A stretch of 64,000 nt of DNA from Hydrolagus colliei (lineage: Eukaryota). The position numbers and the translations under genes were made by a program. The number at the start of each line of letters is the position of its first letter. Positions within the stretch are counted from its first letter, which is position 1. The DNA is taken from assembly GCA_035084275.1 (NCBI GenBank), contig CM068757.1, forward strand, positions 4,030,001 through 4,094,000. The letters are read 5' to 3'. Positions 37,935 to 50,336 of the stretch are shown here, in pieces. A model generated the notes under the pieces. That model had not been told where the DNA came from and did not search any database. It saw nothing but the letters and a program-made list of their open reading frames with translations.

Positions 37935-38465
37935 GACCGGAAATCTGGAACTCTCTTCCACGGATGCTGGATCCATTCAAATTTTCGAGATTGAGGTGGA
38001 TAGATATTTGCTAGGTAAGTATATCAAGGGATAATGGGCGTAGCCAGGCAATTGGAGTTGAGGTACCTCTCTGACCTCCTCTCCTCACAACGGTACCTGT
38101 TGCCTTCACTCTACCGGGTCTGGCCTTCTCGCTGTCTGTGAATCCTCAGTTCCACCATCAGCAGCCATTCCTCCAGCCACTACGCACCGAGGCTCTGGAA
38201 CTCCCTTTGCATCATCCCCCTCCTTTTTATTTTCAGGTTACGCCTAAAGACTTTTCTTTTTCGACTGCACTTTTGGTCATCATTTTTCCCCCTCTCCCTG
38301 GCTCGGCCCAGGCATTCATTATTGTGAAGCGCACTGAGATGCCATCTGGCACGGAGGGCCCTATATAAATCCAAGTTGTTGTTGTTTGTCAGATCAGCTT
38401 TGATCTTGTAGAATGTCAGAAGAGGCTGGAGGGGCTGAATGGCCTCCGCCTGATCGTAAGTTCCT
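37935..38465 (+). mobile_element. CR1 3' end split by a nested L2 3' fragment (about 38066-38387)
   Basis: CR1 ...GGAGTTGAGGTAC | L2 ...CTCTGGAACTCCCT...TATATAAATCCAAG(TTG)n | CAGATCAGC...GGGGCTGAATGGCCT. Confidence 0.75.
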
Positions 38466-40996
38466 CTGACTACTTCAGATCAATGTACCGGCTGATAAAT
38501 GTTGAGGTCTGGTAATCCACAGCTACTAACTAACGTTTATAGCCTGACCCTTTTTCATAATGTATTTGCTCAGCCTGTGATTGAAAGAGGGGTCAATTTG
38601 AAGCAATTATAGGATGACACATATGAGAATTTTTCAGCTATTGTGATCGACGTTTTGATTATAATCAACCCAAAATACATTGAGATGTATTCCTACATTT
38701 GCTAAATGTGACTTTTCTATTCTCCCAAGAAAACTGTTTCTTTGTAAATCCTATGATGTTCTGCAAGTGCAATCTTGTCAGGTTTTACTGTCAGATTTAG
38801 AGACTTGACTGTTGCCAGACACAATTTTCAGTGTCAATGTGACCTGTTTCGGGAGTCAAGTTTCTTTTATGATCAGTTGCCTTCATCGCAGTCACAAAAT
38901 CAATACTTTAATGATAATGTTATAATAATTGCTATGTGGTATGTATGCACATGGATTTTCACTCTATAAGCAAAGTTGGGGGCATTTTTCAGCATATGCT
39001 AGTACAGTAGGTAACATATATTCTACAGCAGATTAATGGTCTCTAAAATGTTTTTGTGCCATTGCATCTGTTAGTAATTTTCTATTATTATGGTTGCATC
39101 TTGAGAGTGTGCTACAGTTTAAGATGAAAGGAACATCTTTAGTGGGTAGCAACCAAAATATCTATTAAATGGGGAAGAGGTCACTTGATGAAACTTGAGC
39201 ATTTCATTCCACTACTTGTCCACTAAGTGACTGGTACAAAGTGGTGTTCTCCCAAGGAAAACCAACTGGTACTAAAAACACCCTCAAGGACACAGTTACT
39301 ACACTTTTAACAGTAATTACTAAGGGCTTTGAGATCTTTCAATGTGATGAAGCGAAAAATCAAAATGCATTTGTTAATTTAATTCCACTAATGTTAAGCA
39401 TGAACTGATGTTACCATCAGATGTTACATCATTTTTGTATAAATTGTATTCTTGTGAACAATAGTGAGACAGATTCTATCTTCTTAAATAGGTGAATAGA
39501 TACTTAAAACATTTCACAAACTCAAAGAACGTTGCTTTTTGGGATCACTTTGTGATCAACGTTTTCACAAATAAACATATTATGTGTTTTAATAATGGTG
39601 GCGTCTCACTCAGCTGCCTTGAAAGATTGTTTGTTACAGCAAGGGGGTTGTATTTGGGATTCATAATTCACATTCATGTCGCTAAGAAGGTTTAAAAACA
39701 GGAAAATGTGAGAAAAAGGTTTGGGATGTAGCGTTTAAAAAAAACACTTCACTGTTGATGATGGCAAAGTTTTATCTGAACACATGGTCCGACCACTTTG
39801 CTGCTCCACCGTTTGAAGTTCTAACTTAGTGTTTTTATGATGAGAAGCTATAAGAACTCAGGAATTCGTAGGTTCTGTTTCTGACCTGTGCAATCATTCT
39901 ATTGATTATGCCTGTCCAGATACTTTATGTCTATGATTAGCTCGATTCTATTTGCAGATCAAAACCAGCGCCTCTTTCAATTTAGGTTGTAATAGCAGCA
40001 AGACTCTTCCTTCTGTCTCATACCGTGTGAATTGCTATAAAGTGTTTGTATTTAGGTTGTGCAATGTAGGTGGACGTGTTGTAATGTTTGAGGTGAGAGC
40101 CATTCAGCACCATTTTTCCTGCTTACTACAGCTGTCTTGAACAATTGTCTTCAAGTACATCATTGTGCATTAAAATAATTTTCTCTCATTCATACTCCTT
40201 CCCCCCCCACCCCCCCACCCCGTCAGAACTCTGATCCTTCCACCCCACCATCCCCCCCTCCAACAGGTTATACAGTATTTTGTGGCAAACTGCTTGTGAA
40301 TAAATTTGCGCAAATGTACTGTGGTTAACAATCAGTAATTTAGCAACAGTACAAGGTTGAAATGTTAGAATGTTGCTTCTGTTGTACCCTTTCCTCAAAA
40401 ATTCCCAAAGACAAACATTATTAAGCACCTTAACAAATGCCACTTTTTAAAAATAAAAAATAACACTAGCCCATGCAGCTATAGTGTTACAGAATATAAA
40501 ATGAATGGGACTTCGGTTCGTAAATATCCTTAATCAAAAAAGGCTAAGCAAATCCTGTTCTTTCATCACTGACCAAATAAATATACAGTTCAAGGAGCTT
40601 GGACAGATTACCTTTCCAGTACTAAGTCCGCACAATTTGTTTTGATGACCTTGCCCGTCTAGTTCTTGTTAAAACTACTTCACATCCCTGTGATGGCCCG
40701 AGGAATGGATTCCCATTTTCTTTAATTGCCAGTATTGGGATTTGGTAGCTGGCTTTGCTCATTATGAAATTACCCTCACTCTAAACAAATAGTGCTTCTG
40801 AATGTTTCACATTAGTTCTAGTTAAGACTTCTGTGCTAGATGTTGATACAGAACAACCCCATGATAACACACCTTGCTATTATGTGGTTTCACTCATAAA
40901 CATGATTGGGCTGTGGACACTCACGTATTTGAAAATCAAAATCCCATGCACCACAATTTTGGAAACTGCAGCCTTACAGTGCTCAACTGGCTGTTA

Positions 40997-41115
40997 CTAC
41001 TACAACATAAGAACGCCTTTCACGTCGGGAAGACATCACTAGGTGCTGACCAGACAGGGGTCAGGATTTGAGCATAGGGGTCGGAGGGGGCAGAGAGGTA
41101 GGCGGGTGGCTGAAG
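40997..41115 (-). mobile_element. L2 3' end fragment
   Basis: CGCCTTTCACGTCGGGAAGACATC followed by purine-rich antisense L2 3' sequence. Confidence 0.6.
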
Positions 41116-42211
41116 GCACTGAATAGGAAAGAAGTCTAGATATTAAGGATGTGGTGTTGATTGTAACAAGGCAATCTGCCTGATTAGAATAGTGACAAAC
41201 TTTCTCTTGAACGTTTCTGAGCCTATTATTGGCACAGCATTGGGAGCAGTCCATGAGCTCACTGTCTTTAGTTGAGGCTAGCTTGTTTTATCAGATCATT
41301 GAACTGTCTTCATGACTCATTCTTCAAACAAGAATACTATTGGCGAACTTCGATTTTGTCTTGAGGAAATGTTTCATTGCATGGTTTGAAACTGATCCCA
41401 GCTCAGATCTGGGGGAGGAAGAGGAAAATCCCTGTAGTAGATGTTTGTGTGCAGTTGAAAGTAGATCTGGGAAGATATTGTACAGCTGAGGAGAGATTGA
41501 CACTGAGGTGTGAAAGCCTTTACAATGGGTGATCAAGTTTTAGACAAGAGTATCCTTGCTGAGGAACTCATTATTAATCCCTGGAAAATTTTATTTGCAG
41601 ACATTTGGTTGTTTATACTCATCACTATTAATCATCTCTCGGTAACCAACGCAAATGGAAGTGATAAAAGTCTTTGTGGTTTTGGTTGCTGTTCATTTAA
41701 CCTCTCAACTATGGCGTGGAATGAATTTTTTTGAATCAGCAAATTGGTGCGTGGTGTGCATCCAACCTCAACTCTTTGAAGCTAATGGCTCACTTGTAGA
41801 ACACGAGACTTGAGTTTCCCTGGTTTCATTAATCTTCGCTTCACACAGTATACATGGCAGTTGTCAGAACAATCTGCAGAGCCACAGATTCACTCTTCAA
41901 TGGAAACCCAGGATTCCTAGTTTTCTGAATGATGGATCAACACTCCACCTACTAATGTAATCAATTTCCCCGATACAGTATCATAAGCTGGTTATGCACA
42001 TATACACCCTGCTTTGGTGCTGATGGACATAACTAGTGAAATAACTTTGTTTGAGTGAGTAGCCTGTGTGATTTGGAGACTTGTTGCTGACTACAAATTT
42101 CCCTCAAGGGTGATCTCCTCTGCTCCATGTTTCTATTTGCCACATATGTCATAAAATGCATCATCACCTTGGCACCAGTGTAGCTAAATTCCTTGAAATG
42201 TACTCGTGATC

Positions 42212-42320
42212 ATAATATAATAATAATAATCCTTGAATTCGATATAGCGCTTTTCACGTCTTTTAGACACCTCAAAGCGCTTCACAGCATATAATGTAAA
42301 GTGAATTGACTGTATATTTA
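42212..42320 (-). mobile_element. SINE tail about 100 nt upstream of EXT2 exon 4
   Basis: AATAATCCTTGAATTCGATATAGCGCTTTTCACGTC...GTGAATTGACTGTATATT. Confidence 0.85.
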
Positions 42321-42416
42321 CTCTGCTGTGTCAAATGCCCCGTAGACACAGAACATGTCCTCAAGTCAACCAGAAAAGCTTGATAGTAATACTCTTGCCG
42401 TTTTCACTCTTTTAAG

Positions 42417-42533
42417 GGCATTGCTTGCAGGGGGCGGCTTCTCCACCTGGACCTATCGGCAAGGCTATGACGTCAGCATTCCGGTGTTCAGTCCGTTGTC
42501 AGTGGATGTTAATCTACCCGAGAAACCTGTAGG
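42417..42533 (+). CDS. EXT2: EXT2 exon 4
   Basis: tttaag|G acceptor; [38 protein letters not shown](G); GG|gtaaga donor; 117 nt. Confidence 0.97.
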
Positions 42534-42621
42534 GTAAGACACATGAGAGTTGCCTCAATAACACTAATAGTTTCCGATATTAATCCTTTCACCACTGATG
42601 GGGGTAAGATTTCAAATGTAA

Positions 42622-42735
42622 CAATAATACTAATTCTTGCATTAATACAGCGCTTTTCACATCTTATCAACGTCTCAAAGCGCTTCACAGAATATACTGT
42701 GAAGTGAATTGGTGGTATATTTGCGGGCGAAAATG
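42622..42735 (-). mobile_element. SINE tail about 90 nt downstream of EXT2 exon 4
   Basis: CTTGCATTAATACAGCGCTTTTCAC...CTCAAAGCGCTTCACAGAATATACTGT. Confidence 0.85.
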
Positions 42736-43252
42736 TACTCGGAAAAATGTCAACAATCAATCTGGCATTTGGTACTTCTTGAGAGATCTTTTGTTTTCCT
42801 GCAACATGTGCTGTATTTAATAGGCCATATTTACCTTAATGTGCTCCATTTTCCCTCTTGTTTTCAGTTTGCATTCTCTTCCCCCAACCCCCTTTTTAAA
42901 TGAACGTTGCTGTGGAGAACTGAAGTTTATACAGAAAACATTCCACTGTTCCATTTCACTTGCTGCGTAATTGAATGGAATAAATGCTGCTTTTGCGGTG
43001 AAATTGTTACCAGCTTGCAGTGAAGATTTGAGGATTAACCTTCCATTGTTTTGGCTAATAAGAAACAGTGGAATTGACCCATAGATCATTGGAAGTCATG
43101 AAGCGGTGAATCTTTTTTTCATTTGAGGGAAATTCCCATCTCATGAGTGCAAACGTTTCTTGAGAAAATCATTCTGTTCAGGCTAGCGAGAGATGAGAAC
43201 ATCTTTAAATCACTATTAGCTTGTAATAGTTTCAGGTTCACCTTCGTTTTGT

Positions 43253-43608
43253 GGAGCCCTGTAACTCAGTGGTTAGAGCACTCGTCCTGCAAGTGAGAGA
43301 CCTGGGTTTGATTCATGTCAGGACAAAATGTTGAGCAAGTTTCCTTACTCCACATGCCTCAGTTTATCTAGCAATAAGTAAGAGGTTGTTAGGTTCCAGC
43401 AGTAATGAATCCTTCAAAAAATAATAACATAATTTAGTCACTTCAATCCACAATGACTGTTTGTGGGACACTGCTGGGTGCGATTGGCTGCTGCATTTCG
43501 CCCACAAAATATACAGCCAATTCACTTTACAGTATATTCTGTGACGCATTTTGAGACGTCTCGAATGTGTGATAAAGCGCCGTATCAAATGCAAGAATTA
43601 TTAATATT
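43253..43608 (+). mobile_element. Full-length tRNA-derived SINE, long form
   Basis: GAGCCCTGTAACTCAGTGGTTAGAGC head, extra internal segment GTTTATCTAGCAATAAGTAAG, standard tail. Confidence 0.9.
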
Positions 43609-43912
43609 ACTGCAACTGAAATACATTTGATCAAACATCACAAAACGAGGCTTACCTTTAACCTGTTCCTTCACGTAATGGGTGGTAAAAAGTGCATGTT
43701 TTCCTAGGCACGCAGTCGCGTGTGTACAAATATGCATTGTTGATTCTAGTGGCAGAAGAATGGCAGTTTCTTCATTGTCACTTCGGGTGGATGGGTCGAT
43801 ATTTATATCCAGAAGTGCTTTGTGTTTGTGATTCTGACTCGAAGAAGTACTTCACATTAACCTGTGGTTTGGGAAGAATAATGTTAATCCCATTTTAATG
43901 TCTTTTCTGAAG

Positions 43913-44108
43913 TTTTAGGATGTATTTTATCTTGTCTGCACAAATGGCAATCCATTCGGAATACCGCTCTGAGCTGGAGGCAATGGAAGCAGAACATGGA
44001 GATTCCCTGCTGATCCTGGACAAATGTACCAACTTGTCAGAGGGTGTCCCTTCTATAAGGAAACGCTGCCATAAAAATCAAGTCTTTGACTACCCGCAGA
44101 TCCTACAG
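43913..44108 (+). CDS. EXT2: EXT2 exon 5
   Basis: tctgaag|T acceptor gives 196 nt: [22 protein letters not shown]...[29 protein letters not shown]; CAG|gtattt donor. An in-frame alternative acceptor lies 6 nt downstream (start 43919). Confidence 0.93.
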
Positions 44109-45189
44109 GTATTTACTTATTGGCGGACAGAATCTTCCATTTGAAATGCAGCTTTACATAACTTGGATTTCAGCTGGAGTTTTGACGTAGATCAAGCTTT
44201 CTTGCCTGGCATTGTTTTACTATTCACTATTTGCCAAGGTCAACTCTGACGTTACACAAATTATTGTTGAATCCACAAAAAGTGCCCAAATTGCCTCTTG
44301 ATTGAAAACAGCGTGTGTCTTTGGTGACGTGAAGAGAGGGAATGCTGGTATGGGATCTGATTACCTCCTTCTATCTGCTGGTTGCAAGAAATTCAAAAAT
44401 TAGTTTTCTGTTTAGTCTTTTTTTATTAAACTGTTGCTACTTTTGAAACTTGATATTCTAAAACTAGTGTTATTGAAAAGTTGACTTTAGTGGCTCAAAA
44501 CCTACCTGATGGGTTCAGATTTGATAACTAAATGCTTGAAGGTTTATCCAGTCCAGTCATACAAGTGGCCATGTCAATCACTCCTTCAGAAAGTGCAGAA
44601 AATCAGGAATTGAGCCACGCCAGTCTGCAAATGGGAATTATTGCTACTTTGGGAAGGTTGCAATTTGGCATAAGTGGGTGTCTTTGGTCCTCTCAAACGT
44701 TAATGCTCGTATATGCCAAATGTGTGTTTTGATTTTATATTGTGCATTAAGCCTTTTTAAAGGAGACTTCTGTAAACCTCAGCTAATCGCGTGGTTACTG
44801 AAATTATTGACTCAGTGCGCAAAGTCGTGCACTGCTACAAATTTTGCAAAGGGACAGATGGGAATATAACAGATGGAAGTGATTTACTGTCTAGATAAGG
44901 AGGATCTTACAATGTGTGGAATTCCTATGGTTCTCTCCTACATATGAAGGTCAAACAACATGCAGGAACTGTATCATTAGGTCAGTCCATCTTAAAATGT
45001 GGAGTTCCCTTGGTATGCTGATGGACACCTCATAACCCTTTAGTTTAAGCATGGGAATTATATCTGAAGGTGCACAAAGTGATGTAAACTTAATTTGAAC
45101 TGTTGTCTTTCTGGTAGAAGAAGCTTGTGACATGAAAAATACCAATTATGCAATTGTCATTCAGTGCCAGCTGGGGAGATGATTAACCA

Positions 45190-45438
45190 CAGTCAGGGCA
45201 AAACCTTAGGCAACCTTACTCCACATACCTAATAATAATAACAATCCCTTGAAATAAAAAAATAAAAAATTGGTCACTTCAATCCATGACTGTTTGTGGG
45301 ACACTGCTGTGCGCAATTGGCTGCCGTGTTTTGCCCACATATTTACAGTCAATTCACGTTACTGTATATTCTGTGAAGCACTTTGGGATGTCTAGAAGAC
45401 GTGAAAAGTGCTTTATCAAATGCAAGGATAATTATTAC
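45190..45438 (+). mobile_element. SINE with degraded or truncated head
   Basis: GTCAGGGCAAAACCTTAGGCAA...TGTGGGACACTGCTGTGCGCAATTGG...ATCAAATGCAAGGATAATTATTA. Confidence 0.88.
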
Positions 45439-47012
45439 CATCCTTAGTCACTGAGTGCTGTTGCCTCATTTGACAGAGGCCAGAGAAGCAAATATTTTCT
45501 GCACAGTAGGACGTTTGGGCTATCGTGTCTGCGCACAAGCCTGTTTTTCTAAACCTATCTTTTTAAAATAAATCCCCAGAATTAGATCTGGTCCATTATT
45601 CCAGTCCATATTTGTGTCTGCTTTTGAAATAGATTTTTTTTTAATTGCATTTTTTTTGCCTTCTCTGCAGATGAATCTGAAATGAAACACTGGGTTCATA
45701 CAAGTTTAAGTTGTTGTTGTTGTTATTTCTTGAGGCTGGTTGGCCCCATTGCAAAAAGGACAAAAATAATTTGAGCACTTAACCTGCAGTTAAACATATG
45801 TAAACTAACATCCATAAAATAAATTGAGCTACGGTTTGTTTTCACACCATCCCATCATTGTTGTATTGTAAATTTGTGAATCAGTGCTTTTTCATTTGGG
45901 GACTTGCGTGAGCATCACTCAGATTTTAGAAATATATTTCCAAATCTTTTTAAGTAATGTTAAACATGAGCATTTTTGGTTTGAATACAGCTCTTCCCTT
46001 CCCTGAAGTTAACCGATAGAAATGCTTTGTGTGTCTCAAGGGTAGTTTTGACTATGTACTATGTGTATGGTTTCACACAGTTGGAAACCTCCACTGGGCT
46101 GCATTTTTTGTTTACAGAAAAACTTGGTTTAAGACCAAGATGATTCTTTGTTTTAGTCAGACTTGGACAATGATTTAATAATTTAAATAAACGCTCATTT
46201 ATAGCTCAAGTAGTTAGAAAACAAACTCACATGCGCAAAAACCATGGGGGCATATTTTACCAGACATCTGTTTTCATTCTGAGTGTTGTGTTCGGTGTGA
46301 AAATAAAATTACCGCTGTATTATTCTATGCCTTTTGGAAGTGTTTATTTTATACCACTTGGGACAAGGTGATTTTCATAATTAAAATGGATTGTTACTGT
46401 TCAACTCCACTTTATTCCAAATGCTATTGTTTGAATGATTTATTGTTCCAATCATTGCTGTTCAGGTTGATTAGCAATCTAGTAGTGCAGAATTGGAGTT
46501 TCACATTGAACATGATGCACACTGAGGATAGTTTGTCTAAGAAAATGAAAAGCACCAGTTAAATTTCTATTACTTTAACCTTTTCTGAAATTGCAGGGTG
46601 TTATTATACGGTATACTGAATGTGCGTTTTTCGTAATTGGCTACAGTTAATCACATATAGAATTGATGGTAATATCTCAATTATTAACCCCCCTTCCCCC
46701 CCTCCCTCGCTCTCTGTGCTACTGAAGAGATGACGTATTGAATGCAATCTTGCAAACTGGGCTGTTGATGATAGCGTATTGAGCAGTAGGAAGTCTTTTT
46801 TGTTCAAGAGAATTATGCCACAGAATACTTTGCTTATGTCCATTGGCTCAAATAAATGTGGTTTATAGTATCCTGTGAGCTCCTCAATTCCTGATTTAAA
46901 TGAATTATATCTTATTTGAGGTGACCAGATGTTGTTTCTATTACACAGCAATGGCTCAAGTAAAGCTCAAAGAGGTTGTAAGAGTCATTTTCTTTGTATT
47001 GTTTCATAACAG

Positions 47013-47152
47013 GACGCCACATTCTGCATTGTCTTACGTGGATCGCGGCTTGGGCAAGCTGCACTAAGTGAGGTCCTCCAAGCGGGCTGTATTCCCGTTG
47101 TTGTCGCTGATTCTTATATCCTCCCATTTTCAGAAGTGTTGGATTGGAAGAG
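47013..47152 (+). CDS. EXT2: EXT2 exon 6 (absent from the ORF track)
   Basis: taacag|GAC acceptor; manual translation [46 protein letters not shown](R); AG|gtatgc donor; 140 nt. Confidence 0.97.
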
Positions 47153-48059
47153 GTATGCACTACTTGCTGTTGATAATTTTAAAAAATATCTATTTATCGT
47201 GAAATAAGAATGAGTAGGAAAGGGAATTAGTTGGGTCTATGTGCCCTTTGCTAACCATTTCATACCATCTACAGTGCAATTTATAAAGTAATGACCTTGA
47301 CTGAAAATTGTACTTGGGTATTTAGTTTTCCAGCACCTTGGGATGTCCTCCTGACATGAAAGGCGCTATCCAAGTATCATTTTGTTGTTGTTGTTTTATA
47401 CAGTATTTGGTTGGCCAAGAACCAAGGATTTAAACATCTCAGAATTTTTAAATTTGGACTTTATATTCTGTGCCTCTGATCTGTACCGATATATAATTCT
47501 ATTGCGTCTCCCCCCATATAATTAATACAACAATTATGGAATAGCACATGAATTAGTAGTTTTGTCACCAAACCTGCAAAGGACCCAAAAATAAAACATC
47601 TGTTATTTCTCAAGCCTGCGGAGGGTTGGATAGGTCAAAAATCTTGATGCATCACTACAGAAAACAGTGCTGATCCTCACAACTTCCCCGTGCAGTCAAT
47701 GTTTTCAGATGTCCTGAAAGTTTTCTTTTTCTTACTCAGACTGAAGTCAAATTCCAATCACAAGCTGAAGTTTATATTTATTGTGAGTTTAAAAAAAAAA
47801 TCATATCCCAGTAAGTTTGTTTGGCATTCTGTTTCATCATTGAGCTGGAATAAAAATCCATGGTAAATCGCACAGCTTGTTCATGTTAATTGAAATTTAC
47901 AGGTAATTCAGGGTAGCCTCTGATGGCTCAGCGATGACACATTCTATTGTGGATCATGACCATACAAGTAACATCCCTGCTCTGTACCGAGTTACCTTGG
48001 GGACGAGGTAGTGCTATATTTATGCTCACTGTTCACTCCTGTCTCTTTTATTTTCCCAG

Positions 48060-48153
48060 GGCCTCTGTGGTGATACCTGAAGACAAACTTTCCGAAATGT
48101 ACAGTATTTTAAAGTCCATTCCTCAGCAGCAAATTGAAGATATGCAGAGACGG
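48060..48153 (+). CDS. EXT2: EXT2 exon 7
   Basis: ttttcccag|G acceptor; [31 protein letters not shown]; CGG|gtaaga donor; 94 nt. Confidence 0.97.
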
Positions 48154-50004
48154 GTAAGAAAATGTAAATGCTTTCACTGAAGACTGTGCCAATGAGTCTC
48201 TACGTGCCACAATACCAAGGAATGAGACTGTATTCCGTTTCTAAATTTAAAACGTATTTAGTTTAAAGTCAAGTTGCTGTCGCCCAATACTTGCTCAAGA
48301 TTATGAATCACTGAAATCAATAAGGAACGCATACGCTTAAAGGGTTAAACATTGAGAATTGTAATTGGAATGTACATGACTGAAAATATCCAGAGTAGTT
48401 GACTGTCTTCCGTTTAAAATAGTCTGAACAGGGTAATTACTCAAATTCCATTGTGACAGTAATGCTTAAAAGGAAACTCTAACCGATCCATTCACATGCT
48501 ACAAATGATGGCATAATTCGAAGAGCAAATTGATATTGCCCGGAGCTTGCTTGTCACACTCAGCCATTTTTCTCCATTAGTATTTTGCGTTGTACATTAA
48601 ATGCTCTTGTTTATTTCATGCTGGAATTAACGTACATTGAAAATTAAAAAATATTTTTAAAACTGTTTGCGCCTGCAAACAACCAGCAATCAATTGAAAA
48701 CTTTTGGGTGCCTGACAGAAGAACACTGCACTCTGTGCTGCCTGCGAAATGGATCATTAATGGTTACTTAAATGTGTCGGTGGAAATAACGTTTTCATGC
48801 ATACATTGCAATCCTTTCAAACCTTAAAGTGCTGCTGAAGATTGTGCTAAAAGGGTTGAATGAAGTTTCTTCCTCTTGGAATGCACAACTGTGCCTCTTG
48901 CAGAACCGTTCTCCTCTTTGGATTATTCCTGTTCCCCCCATGGATCACTAAGGAAAATAAGACCAGGTGTAACATGGGCCCCTCTTCATGTTTGATTTGC
49001 CAGCTGTACATTGCTAGTTGTTTGGATATCTGTGATGGTGCTATCGGCAGCTGAGCATACTGTTGAGCATCCTGAGAGCTCACCAGAGTTGAGCTGGGCC
49101 AATGATAAAGCAGTCGTTCATTGACAGAAATCAGAGCTTACATCAGTGGGAGTTCATTTGTCAGTCAGACAAGGGCACAATCTTAACTCAAGGAATAAAG
49201 GACTTCTAAGGAGGAATTGAGAGCTTTCTTATTATTTTTTAAGCACGAGTAATGACTGATGAGAACACCTCCTACAGAAAACAGTGAAGATTGACTGACT
49301 GATTGTAAACCTGTTCCAGTTTGCACTGATGTTCTGTACAGATTAAGAATTATTTACGGAATTTAGCGGTATTTGCCTGACCCTTATTCTATTTCTCTTT
49401 GAGTATACTTTTGTATTAAATGAAATAAGAATGACTACTTTTATAGGTTGTCTAATTTATTGACTTTTTGGGGGGCACATTGTTGGCACCTTTCCTTTGG
49501 GTAGAACTGTTCTCAGATACTTCATTATGGTGATTAGAAAAATGATCTTGTTTTGTTGTAATTGTTCTATTTAGTGTGTAAGTGCATTCCTTTGAGTTGG
49601 TTATTTTATACCTTTCCCATTGTCTACTTGGTGTAAGGGTATTAGCTAGGAAAATATTGTCATGTCCGTATGTGAACTTCGGTAAATCATGTATTTAGCG
49701 ATTTTTGATTTGCTTCCAAATAACAAAGTTGACTTCCTGCGAATACAATTGTGATAAAAAAATTTTTTTTTTTATTGATATTGGTAACTGCTTCTATCAC
49801 TTCAGTGCGAACTCAAGTGTTCCATATAATTTGTGCTCGAAAGTATGGAAGCATGCTATTTGTAATTTAGAGATACACCCAATATTTGATTGAGGATAAT
49901 AAGCATTGATTGTACTGGTTCGCTAGATGGACATAGTTAATGCAGATCCATCACTCAGAGGATTCACTTCAAGATCCTAGGTCCTCAGCTTCAAAGATCT
50001 TCAG

Positions 50005-50336
50005 GTCCTTACCCCACTCAACCACCTGACCTCCCAACCAACCTGTCCCTCCACTCAGTGGGCCCCACCTCCCCCAACCCACCCACCCCACCATCGGCAG
50101 GTGAACCATCAGCCACTCTCCCCCAACCTTTGGAATTCCATCCTATAATCCCTCCACCTTGGCCCCTCCCTAGCCTGCTTCAAGTCCCGCCTCAAGACCC
50201 TCCTCTTCCGACCATGCTCCCTTTCCTCCACCTTCCCCGACCCCAGCTCCGGTCCGAAACACTGACTGTCCAGAGCCTCAAGATGTCCTCCCAACATGAA
50301 AGGCACTATATAAATATAATTTTATTGTTGTTGTTG
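50005..50336 (+). mobile_element. L2 LINE 3' end
   Basis: Pyrimidine-rich; CTTTGGAATTCCATCC (LWNS) ... CTCAAGACCCTCCTCTTC (LKTLLF) ... CATGAAAGGCACTATATAAAT and (TTG)n tail. Confidence 0.78.
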
